A DNA stretch of 64,000 bases from Terriglobia bacterium (GTDB lineage: Bacteria > Acidobacteriota > Terriglobia > JAJPHL01 > JAPKYU01). The DNA is taken from positions 1,088,001 through 1,152,000 of the forward strand of contig CBDBKE010000004.1 of NCBI GenBank assembly GCA_965206645.1, read 5' to 3'. The position numbers and the translations under genes were made by a program. How positions within the stretch are numbered: the first letter of the stretch is position 1; every line of letters starts with the position of its first letter. The notes beneath the pieces were generated by a model. That model was not told the DNA's origin and did no database searches. It was given only the letters and a program-made list of their open reading frames with translations. Shown piece by piece: positions 19,601 to 30,256 of the stretch.

Positions 19601-21958
19601 TGGCGGCTGAGGCGCCTGGACACCTACCTCAAATCGATTGACGCACAAGAAGAACTGAAGAGGTTGGCGAAGGATCGCCGCGAAGTGGAGGGCGATTTGT
19701 CGCGCGCCTATCGTGATGTCGTTGTGAAGCGGACGTGGCTGAAACTCGCAGAGAACGCTTCGCCCAGCATTCGGGCCGCTCTGCAGGCGTATCTAAACGC
19801 CATTCAGAAAATCGGCAGGGGCGGGGGCAAGCGCGCAGTGCGCTATCGGCATGATGCGCGTATGGCGGCATCGCAGGCGAACCCTGCAGTTCCGTGCTGG
19901 ATAATGCCGCACTACCGCGTATCCGAATCGCTGCCTGCAGAACTGGGCTGCTTCGACCTCGTCGTCATCGACGAAGCGTCGCAATCGGACCTAACGGCAT
20001 TGCCTTCCTTGTTGCGGGCGAAGAAATTGCTTATCGTCGGCGACGACAAGCAAGTCTCTCCGGAAGGGGTGGGTCTCGAGGAGGAGAAGATTCGTAGCCT
20101 CATGAGTCGCTTCCTCGGCAATCAGGTAGAAACCTACCGCCCGCAGATGTCGCCAGAGCGCTCCATCTATGACCTGTTCAAAGTAGTGTTCGCCAAGAGC
20201 ACGGTGATGCTGAAGGAGCATTTCCGCTGTGTCGGCCCGATCATCGAGTACTCCAAGCGCGAGTTCTATAATCACGACCTGCGGCCGCTGCGCATACCGA
20301 AAGCCTCCGAGCGTCTCGACCCTCCCCTCATCGATGTGGTGGTGGAAGACGGCTACCGAAGGGGCGACGTCAATCTGCCCGAGGCGCGATTCATCGTAGA
20401 TGAAATCAAGGCCATTGTGTCTGACCTACACCTGGGCGGCCGCTCTATCGGGGTCGTCTCGCTGCTCGCGAACAAGCAGGCCTTGTTTATATGGGAGCGG
20501 CTGACCGATGAGCTCGGGCCGGAAGTACTGCAGCGCCATCGCATCGCTTGTGGCGATGCACGCACGTTCCAGGGCAAAGAGCGGGACATCATGTTTCTCT
20601 CGATGGTGTCGGCGCCCAACGAGGTCGGCGCGCCGCTCTCCCGCGATACTTTCGCCCAGCGTTTCAACGTGGCGGCTTCGCGCGCGAGGGACCGGATGTA
20701 CCTGGTGCGTTCGGTGGCACTGGAGCATCTTAGCGAGGCGGACCGGTTTCGGCGCAGTCTCATCGCACACTTCGCGACACCCTTCGCCCAGGATGAGATG
20801 CGCGTGGAGGACCTGCGCACGCTTTGCGAGTCGCCTTTCGAACGCGAGATGTACGACGAACTCACGCAGCGCGGCTACTTAGTGACGCCTCAAGTGCAGG
20901 TCGGCCAGTACCGCATTGACATGGTGGTGGAGGGACACAATGACACCCGGTTAGCGGTCGAGTGTGACGGCGACCAGTACCACGGCCCAGACAAGTGGGC
21001 CGACGACATGCAGCGTCAGCGCGTCCTAGAGCGCGCCGGGTTGGTGTTCTGGCGGTGTTTCTCCTCCGCCTTCATCCGCCGACGAAACGACATGCTGAAC
21101 GACCTCTTGAAGGCATTAGCCGAGCGCGGCATCGAACCGATTGGGACCGAAGGCGCACCGAGGAGCGTTCATACTGAGCACCGCGTCGTATCTTCTCGCA
21201 CTGAGCCGACGGTTGGACAGGGCACTGTGATCCCTGTTGAAGTTGTTGAGATCGCTCAGTCACCGATTCCCAAGGCATCGTCGGCACGAACCAGTTCAGC
21301 AAGAGCAGCTTCGCCTCCAGTAGAAGCTCGGAGGCATCCATCGACTGGCGACGGGAATCTCTTTGGCAATGCGCAAGTGATCGTTTCTTCGGTCAACTCG
21401 CGTTTCGCCGATCTGGTATTCAGCGATTATGTGGAGTATTCCGGCACTCCTGGAAATGACCCTCGCAACGTCAACAAGCATGGAGTCTCGGAAGGCATTG
21501 TCCGGATCGTCGAGGTCGAAGGCCCAGTGACTGCGAAACGAGCCTACGACATTTACCTGCGGGGTTGCGGCATCAAGCGAATGGGCCATGAGCTCAAGAG
21601 CACCATGAACAAAGCGCTTTTCCATGCCATTCGACAGGGACGTCTTGTTTGTGAAGATGAGACCGGCAAGAGCGGCATCCTTTTTTCCGTAGTCAGAGTG
21701 AAGGGGAGCCCGCCAATCAGGTTGCGCAGCAGGGGGCCGCGGTCATTCGAGGAGCTTCCACCGAGCGAGCTACAAGTCGTCGCCAGGTATCTGTTGGAAC
21801 GGCACAGTTATCCGTCTGGTAGTGACGATCATCTGCGTGCGGTCTTGGAGTGCTTTGATCTCAAACGGCTGACCACGCAGGTCGGCACGATGTTGCTGGA
21901 GATCCTGGAGAGGAGTTTTCCGTACGTGGACGAGTTCCTGAGTGGTATGTGCAGATAG
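16616..21958 (+). CDS. DNA2/NAM7-like SF1B helicase fused to a Vsr/MTES_1575-type nuclease and C-terminal wHTH (probable defence protein; likely start 16649)
   Basis: QGPPGTGKT, IDEASQ, VGDDKQ, EHFRC, FQGKE, FNVAASRAR; ESPFE...YRIDMV...AVECDG..YH..D..RQ..LE. Confidence 0.85.
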   Translation: MKAPTDGTENLMNLERTRLLSLIEFSQQSARLRGKPAATIAAHDLFALYEHEIQGLPGIRINVNGLESDDEIWLAVERLHETRPPDIASAVLRPWVRMTQEPAEEPRLSEATDGACLIAEGTHCSSATPSEQGKPVIAPEATVILSDYDRCALVKAQFAAYLDTKWRPWAEEEKLRRKTIRLYSQLFTLKQRFEGGIVEAQLELVWGVGLGIWNSNGTSVSYPLVGRLAEMSLNSVTAEVEVRPRDVDARTEVDWYASVDNPGVADLERAAKEFFGSATTTFSPFDRGTFEPLLRTAATNLDANGIYWPNEVSAEDRTLPKSDDKLKVTDTWVLFARPRTNNLFLQDLDKLKKRAEEAETYPPAVAAVLTDPDTTNRVVELPPFRGVSASYHLERSTSDEKAYDLYFPKAFNDEQVRVIQLLDISDGVVVQGPPGTGKTHTIANVICHYLAGGKRVLVTSMKDPALAVLQEQLPEEIRPLAISLLTSEQEGMKQFEHAIHKIASEVQGLDRSSTARTINHLEEFIDTLHGKLGSIDRKIGDWAKRNLAKVTFETEEIDPQDAAREVVGNADQFEWIPDMLGITPEFAPQFLDADVVRLREARRALGQDIDYLDASLPQLVEFPDSKALLEVHQDLSQFEKLKEGVDNGEVPALADSTQETLARAQQLLTLIEAFQRLRDEVVQAHRQWTVAMSERLRRSGNDNLVPILEALGAELEQAVDRRKAFLERPVTTPAGIEHDTELTEAVSNLAEGKSPFGLKGLFGRTAQKKQLDSIRVLGTPPANADSWKHVAEHLALLKCLRELALRWNTLALELPLETVPGDKPESGLAASQAYALYLKVKGAVKAERELCAAASLVFPNWVHVHDLADNTQRLAELEKAVRHHLTKNRLANVWAHKERFQKVLEGRTGHVVEDIRRFLAETLGNPEIEDARMQAGWATLMTELSRVLGLGTHLAALHEVCGIVEASGAPKYAASLKRPLEGTVDGLLPDHWRSAWRLRRLDTYLKSIDAQEELKRLAKDRREVEGDLSRAYRDVVVKRTWLKLAENASPSIRAALQAYLNAIQKIGRGGGKRAVRYRHDARMAASQANPAVPCWIMPHYRVSESLPAELGCFDLVVIDEASQSDLTALPSLLRAKKLLIVGDDKQVSPEGVGLEEEKIRSLMSRFLGNQVETYRPQMSPERSIYDLFKVVFAKSTVMLKEHFRCVGPIIEYSKREFYNHDLRPLRIPKASERLDPPLIDVVVEDGYRRGDVNLPEARFIVDEIKAIVSDLHLGGRSIGVVSLLANKQALFIWERLTDELGPEVLQRHRIACGDARTFQGKERDIMFLSMVSAPNEVGAPLSRDTFAQRFNVAASRARDRMYLVRSVALEHLSEADRFRRSLIAHFATPFAQDEMRVEDLRTLCESPFEREMYDELTQRGYLVTPQVQVGQYRIDMVVEGHNDTRLAVECDGDQYHGPDKWADDMQRQRVLERAGLVFWRCFSSAFIRRRNDMLNDLLKALAERGIEPIGTEGAPRSVHTEHRVVSSRTEPTVGQGTVIPVEVVEIAQSPIPKASSARTSSARAASPPVEARRHPSTGDGNLFGNAQVIVSSVNSRFADLVFSDYVEYSGTPGNDPRNVNKHGVSEGIVRIVEVEGPVTAKRAYDIYLRGCGIKRMGHELKSTMNKALFHAIRQGRLVCEDETGKSGILFSVVRVKGSPPIRLRSRGPRSFEELPPSELQVVARYLLERHSYPSGSDDHLRAVLECFDLKRLTTQVGTMLLEILERSFPYVDEFLSGMCR

Positions 21959-22079
21959 CAGGCGACCGGGAGGGTGGAAACGGCTGGGTCGCCATTTAAC
22001 TTCTTTGTTGTCAGCACCATTTTGCCTTTCCTCTCATTGCGAAAGACGGTATCGTCAAGAAACCGTCAGAAAAATGGCC

Positions 22080-22315
22080 CTAGTTGGCCAGCACCGTAAA
22101 GGAAGTCGCGCCGTGCTCGTTCGCCTGCCGATCCAGCTTCGACAGCGATTCCCGCATCATGTTGAGCTTCGCCTGGCTGTAGCGCTTGAACACCGCAGTG
22201 TCACCTTGCCGCAGCATCGGCGTCACGAAATGATCCGCCACGCCACCCGCACTCAGCCGGGTCGCAAACGTGTGGCGCAACTCGTATAACGAAAAGTGGA
22301 GAATACCGGCGCGCT
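22080..22315 (-). pseudogene. Tyrosine recombinase C-terminal remnant
   Basis: LYELRHTFATRL...MLRQGD..VFKRY. Confidence 0.75.
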
Positions 22316-22460
22316 GCAGCGTCCGGTCGCCCCGCAGTGCTTCCAGTGCCACCTTCGCTTTCAAATCACCAGAAAACCTGCGTCTCCTCCTCATCGCATA
22401 TCCCTCCTCAGTCGGTGGAATACACCTTAAACGTCTGTCCGATTTTCCGGGGCCACCTCA
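22316..22460 (-). mobile_element. IS3-family left end and orfA start (fragment)
   Basis: TGAGGTGGCCCCGG IRL; RRRFSGDLKAKVALEALRGDRT. Confidence 0.75.
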
Positions 22461-22749
22461 CACTACTTCCTGGCCGGCGATCTGAAACGCCAGATCGAGC
22501 ACCGGGCCGTGTTGGAGCTTGCGGCTCGCGGCGTGGCCGGAGAGAAACAGCGGGATTGGTTGAAGGAGTCGATCCGCTAGCATGGCAATCAAGCCTACAG
22601 CCTGCGGCCCTCGGACCGCCCGTTGCGGATGAAAAAACCCCATCTTCGAAAGAAGCATGAACTGTAGCCGTGCGAAACTCTAGCCGGACATGAAGCCATC
22701 GTGGGTAACGGTCCTTCGGGCAAAGGACCGGAAATGGATTCCAAGCTCC

Positions 22750-22940
22750 AATTCGCAAATGGCGATCTAACGGGTGATCGAGCCAGGCGATTCGTTATTA
22801 ACAACAATATAATAAATTAATTAATAGAACAGTAGGGCGGGCGATAGACGCCCCCCCTTTTTTTGGCCCCCTGGACCGGCCCGACGGAGGCAGCGCGACT
22901 TACATTCGCGCGGCGCCGTTCTCGGGGGGTCACTCCCGTC
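22750..22940. repeat. AT-rich inverted repeat region, copy 2
   Basis: TATTAACAA-CAATATAATAAAT-TAATTAATA at 22796-22826; flanks match 13047-13233. Confidence 0.65.
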
Positions 22941-22980
22941 CCACCGATCCCTGCTGGGAGGCTCGGAGGCTGAGGAGCAA

Positions 22981-23526
22981 CTAACGTTGTCGGCCCCACC
23001 GCACGGTATCGAGCAATGTGTGGATTGCCGGTCGGTCCCCTGGCCGGTCGCCGACGTGGTGCAGCCGAACGATCCCCTCCGGGTCGACGATTACGTCGCC
23101 TCCCAGTTGGCTGACATCGCCACTCGGCATCCGGAGACGCCGCCCCCGTAACAGCAGCTTTACATAGACCCACCAGCTCGGCGGTCCGAAAATGCTCCAC
23201 CAATGTCCCCGGTTCATGCCGTAGGCCTGATACATCTCCAGCGCACTGTCGATCAGTATCGGCCACGCCAGGCAGGTCTCCCGCGCATAGGCCTCCACGG
23301 CCGGGCCGCTCTGGAAGGTGACAACGACAACCTCGACGTCGAGTTCCTTCAACTCCCTCTCGTGCCGTCGCAACTGCGACAGGTGTTCCCGGCACGGCAG
23401 TCAGGCCAGGTGCCGGTGAAACACCAGCAGCAGCCAGTGTCCGGAGTAGTCCGCCAGCTGCTGCCAGCGGCCTGTGATTTCGGGTAAACGGAACCCGGCG
23501 GCGGGGTGTCCACGTTTTGTTTCCAT
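22981..23526 (-). CDS. AhpC/TSA (SelL-related) thioredoxin-fold selenoprotein, UxxC
   Basis: In-frame TGA at 23401-23403 in HRHLA-U-LPCREH; downstream hairpin; C-terminal QLGGD.+VD..G. Confidence 0.8.
23359..23400 (-). promoter_or_regulatory. Putative bacterial SECIS element
   Basis: UGUCGC-AGUU-GCGACG stem-loop; loop starts 25 nt after UGA, with G at the second loop position. Confidence 0.6.
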
Positions 23527-23529
23527 GTG

Positions 23530-23642
23530 TCAGCGGCAGCTTCCTGACCCCCATGATGCTCGGGATCGTCTTCGGCGCAATTTTGTCGGCACAACTTATC
23601 TCCAGAACCGGCAGCCCATACCGGATACTGACCCTGATTGGC
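23530..23642 (+). pseudogene. MFS (DHA2-like) transporter fragment
   Basis: SGSFLTPMMLGIVFGAILSAQLISRTG.YR. Confidence 0.4.
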
Positions 23643-23859
23643 GATAGGTATAGGATTATGTATCTTATCCCCACCATGAACGAGAATACGGGCTTCGCCC
23701 GGGCCGTGGCTGAATACTGTGCTGAACAAAACAACGTCGCGCCTTTCGATCCTCACGACCGCAATTCTCTTCTTGACTGGCGTCGCAGGCACACAAGACA
23801 ACCACGCAGGATGATACGGTGGCGTGGACGGAATAGCCTTTCCCTGCGACCTGAGCTTC

Positions 23860-24230
23860 ATTGGTCGCGACAGTTCATTGCCTCACGGATCGCTGATCGA
23901 AGGGAGTTTTGGTGGATTCTCCGGTGGCTGCTCCACCCCAAGCGCCCCGATGAGCGGGTGCTGTGGGAGAGCAGGATTTATCTCGGTGAGACATTTTTTA
24001 ACGAAATCATCCAGCATTCGGGTGCTGTGCCGCTCGACATGACATGAACACCCTCAAGGCCCTCAAGCGGTCCTCTCCGGGATTGGATCTCTATGCTCTG
24101 GCTCACCTACCGCACTTTTGCGCTGACGCGCCCGATGTGGCTTCGCTAGCGGCAGTTGTACCGCCAGTTCGGGGCGTGACGTACCCAAGGTAAGCGATCA
24201 CCGCACCATCCAAAACTTCAGTGTTGAATG
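23860..24230 (+). pseudogene. Plasmid replication protein RepA (RepA_C type) remnant
   Basis: ADRREFWW..PKRPDERVLWES...FFNEII..VPLDM/NTLKALKRS..LDLY/WLTYRTF with frameshifts. Confidence 0.7.
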
Positions 24231-24295
24231 TGACGGCATCAGTCCACCGGCGCTTTAAGACAGCGTGTAGCGCAACTAGCCGCCAGATGGTCGCT

Positions 24296-24600
24296 GAGCT
24301 ATGAGACTTGATTGAAGCCCCTATACTGGAGCTTGCAAGTGAGATTAGGAAGCGGCGGGGCAGGATGCCTCCCGCTGATGCGCGTGTTATCCTTGCGGGG
24401 CTTCCTGCTGAAATGAATCTTGTGTCCCAACACCGTTCACTTTGGTAAGAATCCATCCTGCAATTCCCTTCCGCGCTGCGTTCCATTCGCCGGAGCATGG
24501 CGCGACCGGTTCCAGGTGCCCCGTCCCGGTTGCGATTCCCCAATCGGGCTTGCCGCCTCCGACCGGAAGACGGGTGTAGGATTGCGCCATTTACCACCGG
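24296..24600 (+). repeat. Conserved non-coding leader, copy C (truncated)
   Basis: Homologous to copies A and B; lies directly after the repA remnant. Confidence 0.8.
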
Positions 24601-24714
24601 CCTTCACCGCGCCTTCACGCGAGGTCCGCAGTCGGGCAATTCAATTCGGCGGGCTTTGCGCAGCTTTCGAGTCAGCCACAACCACGCCAGCGGCACGAAC
24701 ACCAGCACTATGGG

Positions 24715-24904
24715 ACGCAAACGGGATGATCGAGGCGGCAGGTATGGGGATCGGTTCGAAGATCCACCAGATTGCGCAGAGGCAGGTAATCGCAGCCGTC
24801 CAGCAGACTGCGACTTCCAGTCGCGCTCCGAAGCGCAGTGCCAGTAACAGAGCCACTGCGGCAGTCGGCCCGCCGATCAGGGCCAGTGTTTTCCGATCCG
24901 GCAC
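24715..24904 (-). pseudogene. SLC13/DASS transporter N-terminal fragment
   Basis: WTAAITCLCAIWWIFEPIPIPAASIIP. Confidence 0.6.
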
Positions 24905-25014
24905 GAGGGAAATGCTACAACGGAACGGATAGGACTCACAATTTTAGTCTCGGCAGCAAGCGCAGTGAGGGCTGCGTCGAATTGGCGGGCAAGAAGTATG
25001 GCAAGACCCGGCCG

Positions 25015-25300
25015 CAGCAAACCTCGACGGGAGCGCTTGGCACAGCGGAAATAGTGGAGACCGCACGCATCCGGTGGACTAGCAGGCGCCGAATTCGTTT
25101 GGCCTGCACGACATACTGGGGAATGTCTTTGAATAGGTGCAGGACTGGTATGGCGGCTACCCGGGCGGTGCGGTGACGGATCCTAGAGGGCCTAGTTCAG
25201 GTTCGTACCGGGTGTTTCGGGGCGGTGGCTGGCTCCACTTCGTCAGGAACTGCCGGTCGTCGTTTCGCCTCTATTCCCCGACCGGACCGGGGGATTTTCC
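25015..25300 (+). pseudogene. Formylglycine-generating-enzyme (SUMF1/CLec fold) domain remnant
   Basis: THPV...PN.FGLHDILGNV.E*VQDWY...DP.GP..GSYRVFRGGGW with stops. Confidence 0.7.
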
Positions 25301-26154
25301 CGAGTGAGGGCGTCATGCTGGCCCGCGTGGTGAACTTCTCAGCACTCTGCTGCGGTTCACAAGCTGCGCGAGCATATGGCGTACCTGGAAGGATTGCGCG
25401 AGGCTATCACTCTACGGGCCGCAGCCAACTAAGGACGAAAAGCCAGTTTCACTACAATTGGCTAGTTGGCCGCCCACCGGCTGTGATCGGTCGTGCTGCG
25501 GGCCGCTCGCGAACCTGTTGAACGCTATCGGCGCGAAGCTCAGCCCGAAAGTATTCTGCATCGGCAAGCCTGTTGGTCAAACGACCCTGGCGCGGCGGTA
25601 GAAGTTCGCGGCGAACATCGGCTCCAGGTTGAGATTCCTGCAACCTAACAAAGGCGTTGTGAGCGCTCAGGTCGTGCGTGCCGAGTGCACCGCCAAGGCG
25701 GTCTAAAGAAGATGGAACCTGTGACAGGCACCAGCCAAGGCTTTTGGCCATGCCGTCCTCAGTCTTCCCGAGCAGGTGGAAGACCGTATCCACCTTTCTG
25801 CCATAGATATGCCATCCGATGACCTCCTACGGCATCATTTGAATTTCCTGTCCAACCTGCTTGAGGTCGGCGGCGATCTCCTTACGCGGACGGCGCTTCT
25901 ACTGCGCCTTGAAATCCCGCTTCGCACCTTTGGGGTTGCCCGCACATACTTAGATGCTCGCAACCGCCGAAAGGTATCATTTTAATTTTGCGAGACTCAA
26001 CAAAACTAAAGATGGACCTCCCCCACTGAGGCACTGCCTCCGCGTCTAACCCCGTCACCGGAGGAAAGAGGCTTCCGCCGTCTCGCACCGGCGCCGTTCT
26101 TCTGCGAAAGCCGTTTCGATTCCCTTGCACCCATGCAGAGCGAGGGGGCGACGG

Positions 26155-26991
26155 CTACCAATTCGTCGGTAAGTCCTTGTCCACGGCCTTGTTTAACAGG
26201 TGAGCAAGCCGAAGGCCTGCCTTGGCGAGCTGATTCTCGACGATGGGTAATGCACGGTTCGCGTACGGAGGCTTCAGTTTCCAGGTTGACTTGATTTTCG
26301 CGCCCTTCTTTTTCGTTCGATAAGCGTACTCTTCAGCGATCCGGTAGGATTCCACAGCCCAGCCATCCGTATCGAAATCTTCCCACTGGCTGCTCTGTCC
26401 CTTGAAACGTTCACTGAGGTCTTCTCCGGTATCGGACCACTTCATACCCGCATCCTTGAGTATCGTGGTGTCCCATATCCTGTGCAACTTCAGTTTGTCG
26501 GGTTTGTCGAGATACCAGACCTCGATACGGTTTCCGCCCAAATCATCAGGATACCCGGCATGGAGCGGTTGGTGAATGTCGCCCACGAAGTGGGCTAGGA
26601 AACGCATCGCTTCGCGGCGCTTCTTCTTGGATGCACTGGCATCGGCAAATGTCTTTGCGTAGTGCCGGATGGCCCACGGCGCGCAGCGCTTGGGAGCGGC
26701 GCAGTGGTTGGAAACATCAACGTTTCGCATGCCCTCGGGGATGTTTATGAAGTGGTAGTAGTACGTGTATTTGTGCGTCGTTCTGCGCACTGAATCAGCC
26801 CAGAGGCATGAATCTGAGAACGTTGGGTATTGGTCATTCCGCAGATCCAGCACCGCACGTCGGGCCTCATTCAACAGGTTTTGGAAAGCGACTTCACAGA
26901 CTATCCTGTGCCCTTCCTTTCCCCATCCGAAAGTTGAAGGCACAAACAGCAGCAACGAAATCACGAAGGTTGCTATGGTTAATCTTGTCAT
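26155..26991 (-). CDS. Secreted S1/P1 nuclease
   Basis: Signal peptide; WGKEGH, WAD, HFVGDIHQPLH, LHRIWD. Confidence 0.93.
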   Translation of the reverse strand: MTRLTIATFVISLLLFVPSTFGWGKEGHRIVCEVAFQNLLNEARRAVLDLRNDQYPTFSDSCLWADSVRRTTHKYTYYYHFINIPEGMRNVDVSNHCAAPKRCAPWAIRHYAKTFADASASKKKRREAMRFLAHFVGDIHQPLHAGYPDDLGGNRIEVWYLDKPDKLKLHRIWDTTILKDAGMKWSDTGEDLSERFKGQSSQWEDFDTDGWAVESYRIAEEYAYRTKKKGAKIKSTWKLKPPYANRALPIVENQLAKAGLRLAHLLNKAVDKDLPTNW

Positions 26992-27664
26992 GGTTATTCA
27001 CTGACCTGTCCCCCAAAATGTTGTACTACGTAGCTTGCTAAAAACAACTCGAACGCTTCCGGTGCCGGCGGCCGGTAAGCCAAAGCAATATGCGATCGTC
27101 GCATATTGTACGCCATTCGCAAACGCTCGATAAGCACCTGCGCCTCGTAGAGCGTGTCGAAGATCTCCAGATTGAGCAGTTCGTTGCGCAGTGTGCCGTC
27201 GGTGTGAGGACGTGATGCCGGACTCGACCGACTCCTCCACGAAGGGAACCGGACTGGCCGCCGCCGCGTCCATCACTCCGCTATTCACCCGAACAGAATG
27301 TTGAGGCGCTCCACCTTGGCTATTGTCGGCAGAGCATCGAGGAAATTGTCGGTTGGGGATGCAGTCAACTACACTGGGTGTTGATCCTCCAGCCCTGGAA
27401 GCCCGCCATCGCTCCCATGTCCCCCAGTTCGTGAAATAGTCCTCCGCCCCCTTTCGGTGGCCCGTAGACGGCCCCTGACGGCCCAGGAGGCCTCCTAGGG
27501 GGGCGTTTTGCCCAGCCGAGGCCCTGCAAGTCACTTCTGGAGCGTCTGAGGCAGTGTTTATGCGAAAATCACTGTCAGGAGCGTTCTTCTATCCTCCTGC
27601 ATCCCCGTGCCGCCGGAACTGAGCATCGCCAAGGATTATTTCGACATGGGAGAGCTGTAAAGCC

Positions 27665-29784
27665 ATGCGCCTGTCCTGGAACGAAATGCGCGCCCGCGCT
27701 GCCAGCTTCGCCGACGAGTGGCGGGATGCGGCCTACGAGAAGGGTGAGACGCAGAGCTTCTACAACGAGTTCTTCGAGATCTTCGGTGTGCGGCGGCGGA
27801 CCGTCGCGCGCTACGAAGCGCATGTACAGAAGCTGGATAACCAGTCCGGGTTCATCGACCTGTTCTGGCCGGGCGTCCTGATCGTCGAGCAGAAGAGCGC
27901 GGGACGCGATCTCGCCCGCGCCTACGGGCAGGCCGGGGAGTATTTCGACAGCCTGTCCGAAAGGGACCGGCCGCGCTATATCCTGGTCAGCGACTTTCAG
28001 AGCTTCGAGCTTCACGATCTGGACGAGGGCGAACAAACCTGTTTCGCCCTGGCGGACCTACCCTCCCATGTCGAGGCGTTCGGCTTCATCCTGGGCGTGC
28101 AGCGCCGAACCTTCCGCGATCAGGATCCGGTCAACGTCGAAGCCTCGGCGTCGATGGGGCGGCTACATGACGCGCTCGAAGCGTCCGGTTACGGTGGCCA
28201 TGACCTGGAGGTGTTCCTAGTTCGTACGGTGTTCTGTCTGTTCGCCGATGACACCGGCATCTTCGAGCCGCGCGACATCTTCCTGGACCTGCTGGAGACC
28301 CGGACCCGCGAAGACGGCTCCGACCTCGGCCCCTGTCTCGCGCGGCTGTTCCAGGTGCTAAATACGCCCGTGGACCGGCGTCAGGCCAAGCTCGATGAAG
28401 ACCTCGCCCGCTTTCCCTATGTCAACGGCGATCTGTTCAGGGCACGGCTCACCATTCCCGATTTCGACGCGGCGATGCGGGCGGCGCTGATCGACGCCTG
28501 CCGCTTCAACTGGGAGGCCATCTCACCCGCCATCTTCGGTGCGCTCTTCCAGTCCGTGATGGACTCCGCCGAGCGCCGCGCCCAGGGTGCCCACTACACG
28601 ACCGAGAAGAACATCCTGAAGGTGATCGGGCCGCTGTTTCTCGACGACCTGAGAGCGGAGTTCGAGCGGCTCAAAAGGCGTAAAGACAAGCGTCGACGCG
28701 CCGAACTAAGGTCCTTTCAGAAGCGGCTTGGCGAGATGAAGTTCTTCGATCCGGCCTGCGGTTGCGGCAATTTCCTGATCATTGCCTATCGGGAATTGCG
28801 TGAACTGGAAATCGAGCTGATCCGGGAGTTACGCCGCGGCAGGGGCGATGAGATGCAACAGGAGCTTGACGCTGAGCTTCTGTCATGGATCACCGTGGAC
28901 CAGTTTTACGGCATCGAGATCGGCGAGTTCCCGGCCCGCATCGCAGAGACCGCGATGTGGATGATGGACCACATCATGAATAACCGGCTGAGCCTGGCGT
29001 TCGGTCAGAGCTATGTCCGCATTCCGCTGGAAGGCTCGCCGCAAATCCTGAACGCCGATGCCCTGGAAACCGACTGGAAGGCATTGTTGCCACCGGAAGA
29101 CTGCTCTTTCGTGTTTGGGAATCCGCCGTTCGCCGGGTCGAAGTACCAGAGCGAAGAACAGCGCACCCAGGTGCGCCGAATTGCGGCCTTGGGCAAGACC
29201 GGTGGAACCCTCGACTATGTGACCGCCTGGTTCATCAAGGCGGGGGAATATATTCAAAGGGGATCGGCGCGAATTGGCTTTGTCTCGACCAACTCGATCA
29301 CGCAGGGCGAGCAGGTGGCACAGCTCTGGCCGATCTTGTTTACGCGAGCCAAGCTGGAAATCGCCTTTGCGCACCGCACCTTCGCCTGGGGCTCGGACGC
29401 GCGCGGCAAGTCCCATGTGCATGTTGTCATTATCGGGCTCGACGGCCAGGAGCTCGGGCGGGCGGACAAGCGCCTGTTCAACTACCCCGACATCAATGGC
29501 GAGCCGGAGGAAACGATTCATGCTGCGCTATCACCCTATCTGTTCGATACTGGCGGGCTTGCCGATCCGCGTCTGGTGGTGTGCGAGGGAAGCCACCCGA
29601 TCAACGGGATGGCGAAGTTGATTATTGGATCGAAACCCATCGACGGGGGCCATTATATTCTCACGGCTGAGGAACGGACCGCGTTGCTTGCCGCAGAGCC
29701 GGATGTCGCACCCCTCCTGCGTCCCTACGTCGGCGCCCAAGAGTATCTACGAGGCGGCGAGCGCTGGATTCTTGCCCTGCATGA
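27665..29784 (+). pseudogene. MmeI-like Type IIL restriction-modification enzyme, 3'-truncated by MITE
   Basis: IDLFWPG..EQKS, GAHYT, DPACGCGNF, GNPPF; frame runs into the MITE. Confidence 0.9.
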
Positions 29785-29915
29785 GGTACTGTCAAGTTGA
29801 GCAGAATCCGCCCGTTTTGCGGAAGGATTCTGCTGGATCAGAGACTGAGAATCAATGACTTAGCGGTGGCGGCGGGCGGCGAGAATGCCGCCAAACTGCT
29901 TAACTTGACAGTACC
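29785..29915 (+). mobile_element. 131-bp IS6-type MITE, copy 2
   Basis: Same TIRs and body as copy 1. Confidence 0.93.
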
Positions 29916-30110
29916 GTCGTGACCGCGACCCGGATCGAGGAACCGCTGCAGCAGGTGCCGCTGAGCATCTCGGCGGTGACCGGGGCGAACCTCAAGCGGC
30001 GGGCCATCGGGAACCTGACGGAGCTGTCGCGCTAGACGCCCGGCCTGACCGTAGTCGACCAGGGCGCGCGCGGCAGCAACGTCCTCATCGTGCACGGCCT
30101 GCACACGGAC
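29916..30110 (+). pseudogene. TonB-dependent receptor plug fragment
   Basis: VVTATRIEEPLQQVPLSISAVTG...L.R*TPGLTV. Confidence 0.6.
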
Positions 30111-30256
30111 GCGCTGACCGGCGTCGGCGTTCCGACTGCCAGCCGGACTGCCAGCCGTTTCTGGTCCTGTCAGCCATTTTCTGACCCGTTGAGACCTGGC
30201 CTGGTTGTCGTTTTACTGAGCAAATGCGGATCTATTGATGTTTCTAGTCAGGCATG

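Noticed and set aside
22080-22394. IS3 OrfA-tyrosine recombinase fusion ORF
   Set aside because: Chance in-frame join of two deletion remnants
25015-25300. FGE/CLec-fold remnant as a diversity-generating retroelement target or template
   Set aside because: No reverse transcriptase, no second repeat copy and no AAC-rich template in the window; reads as a plain pseudogene
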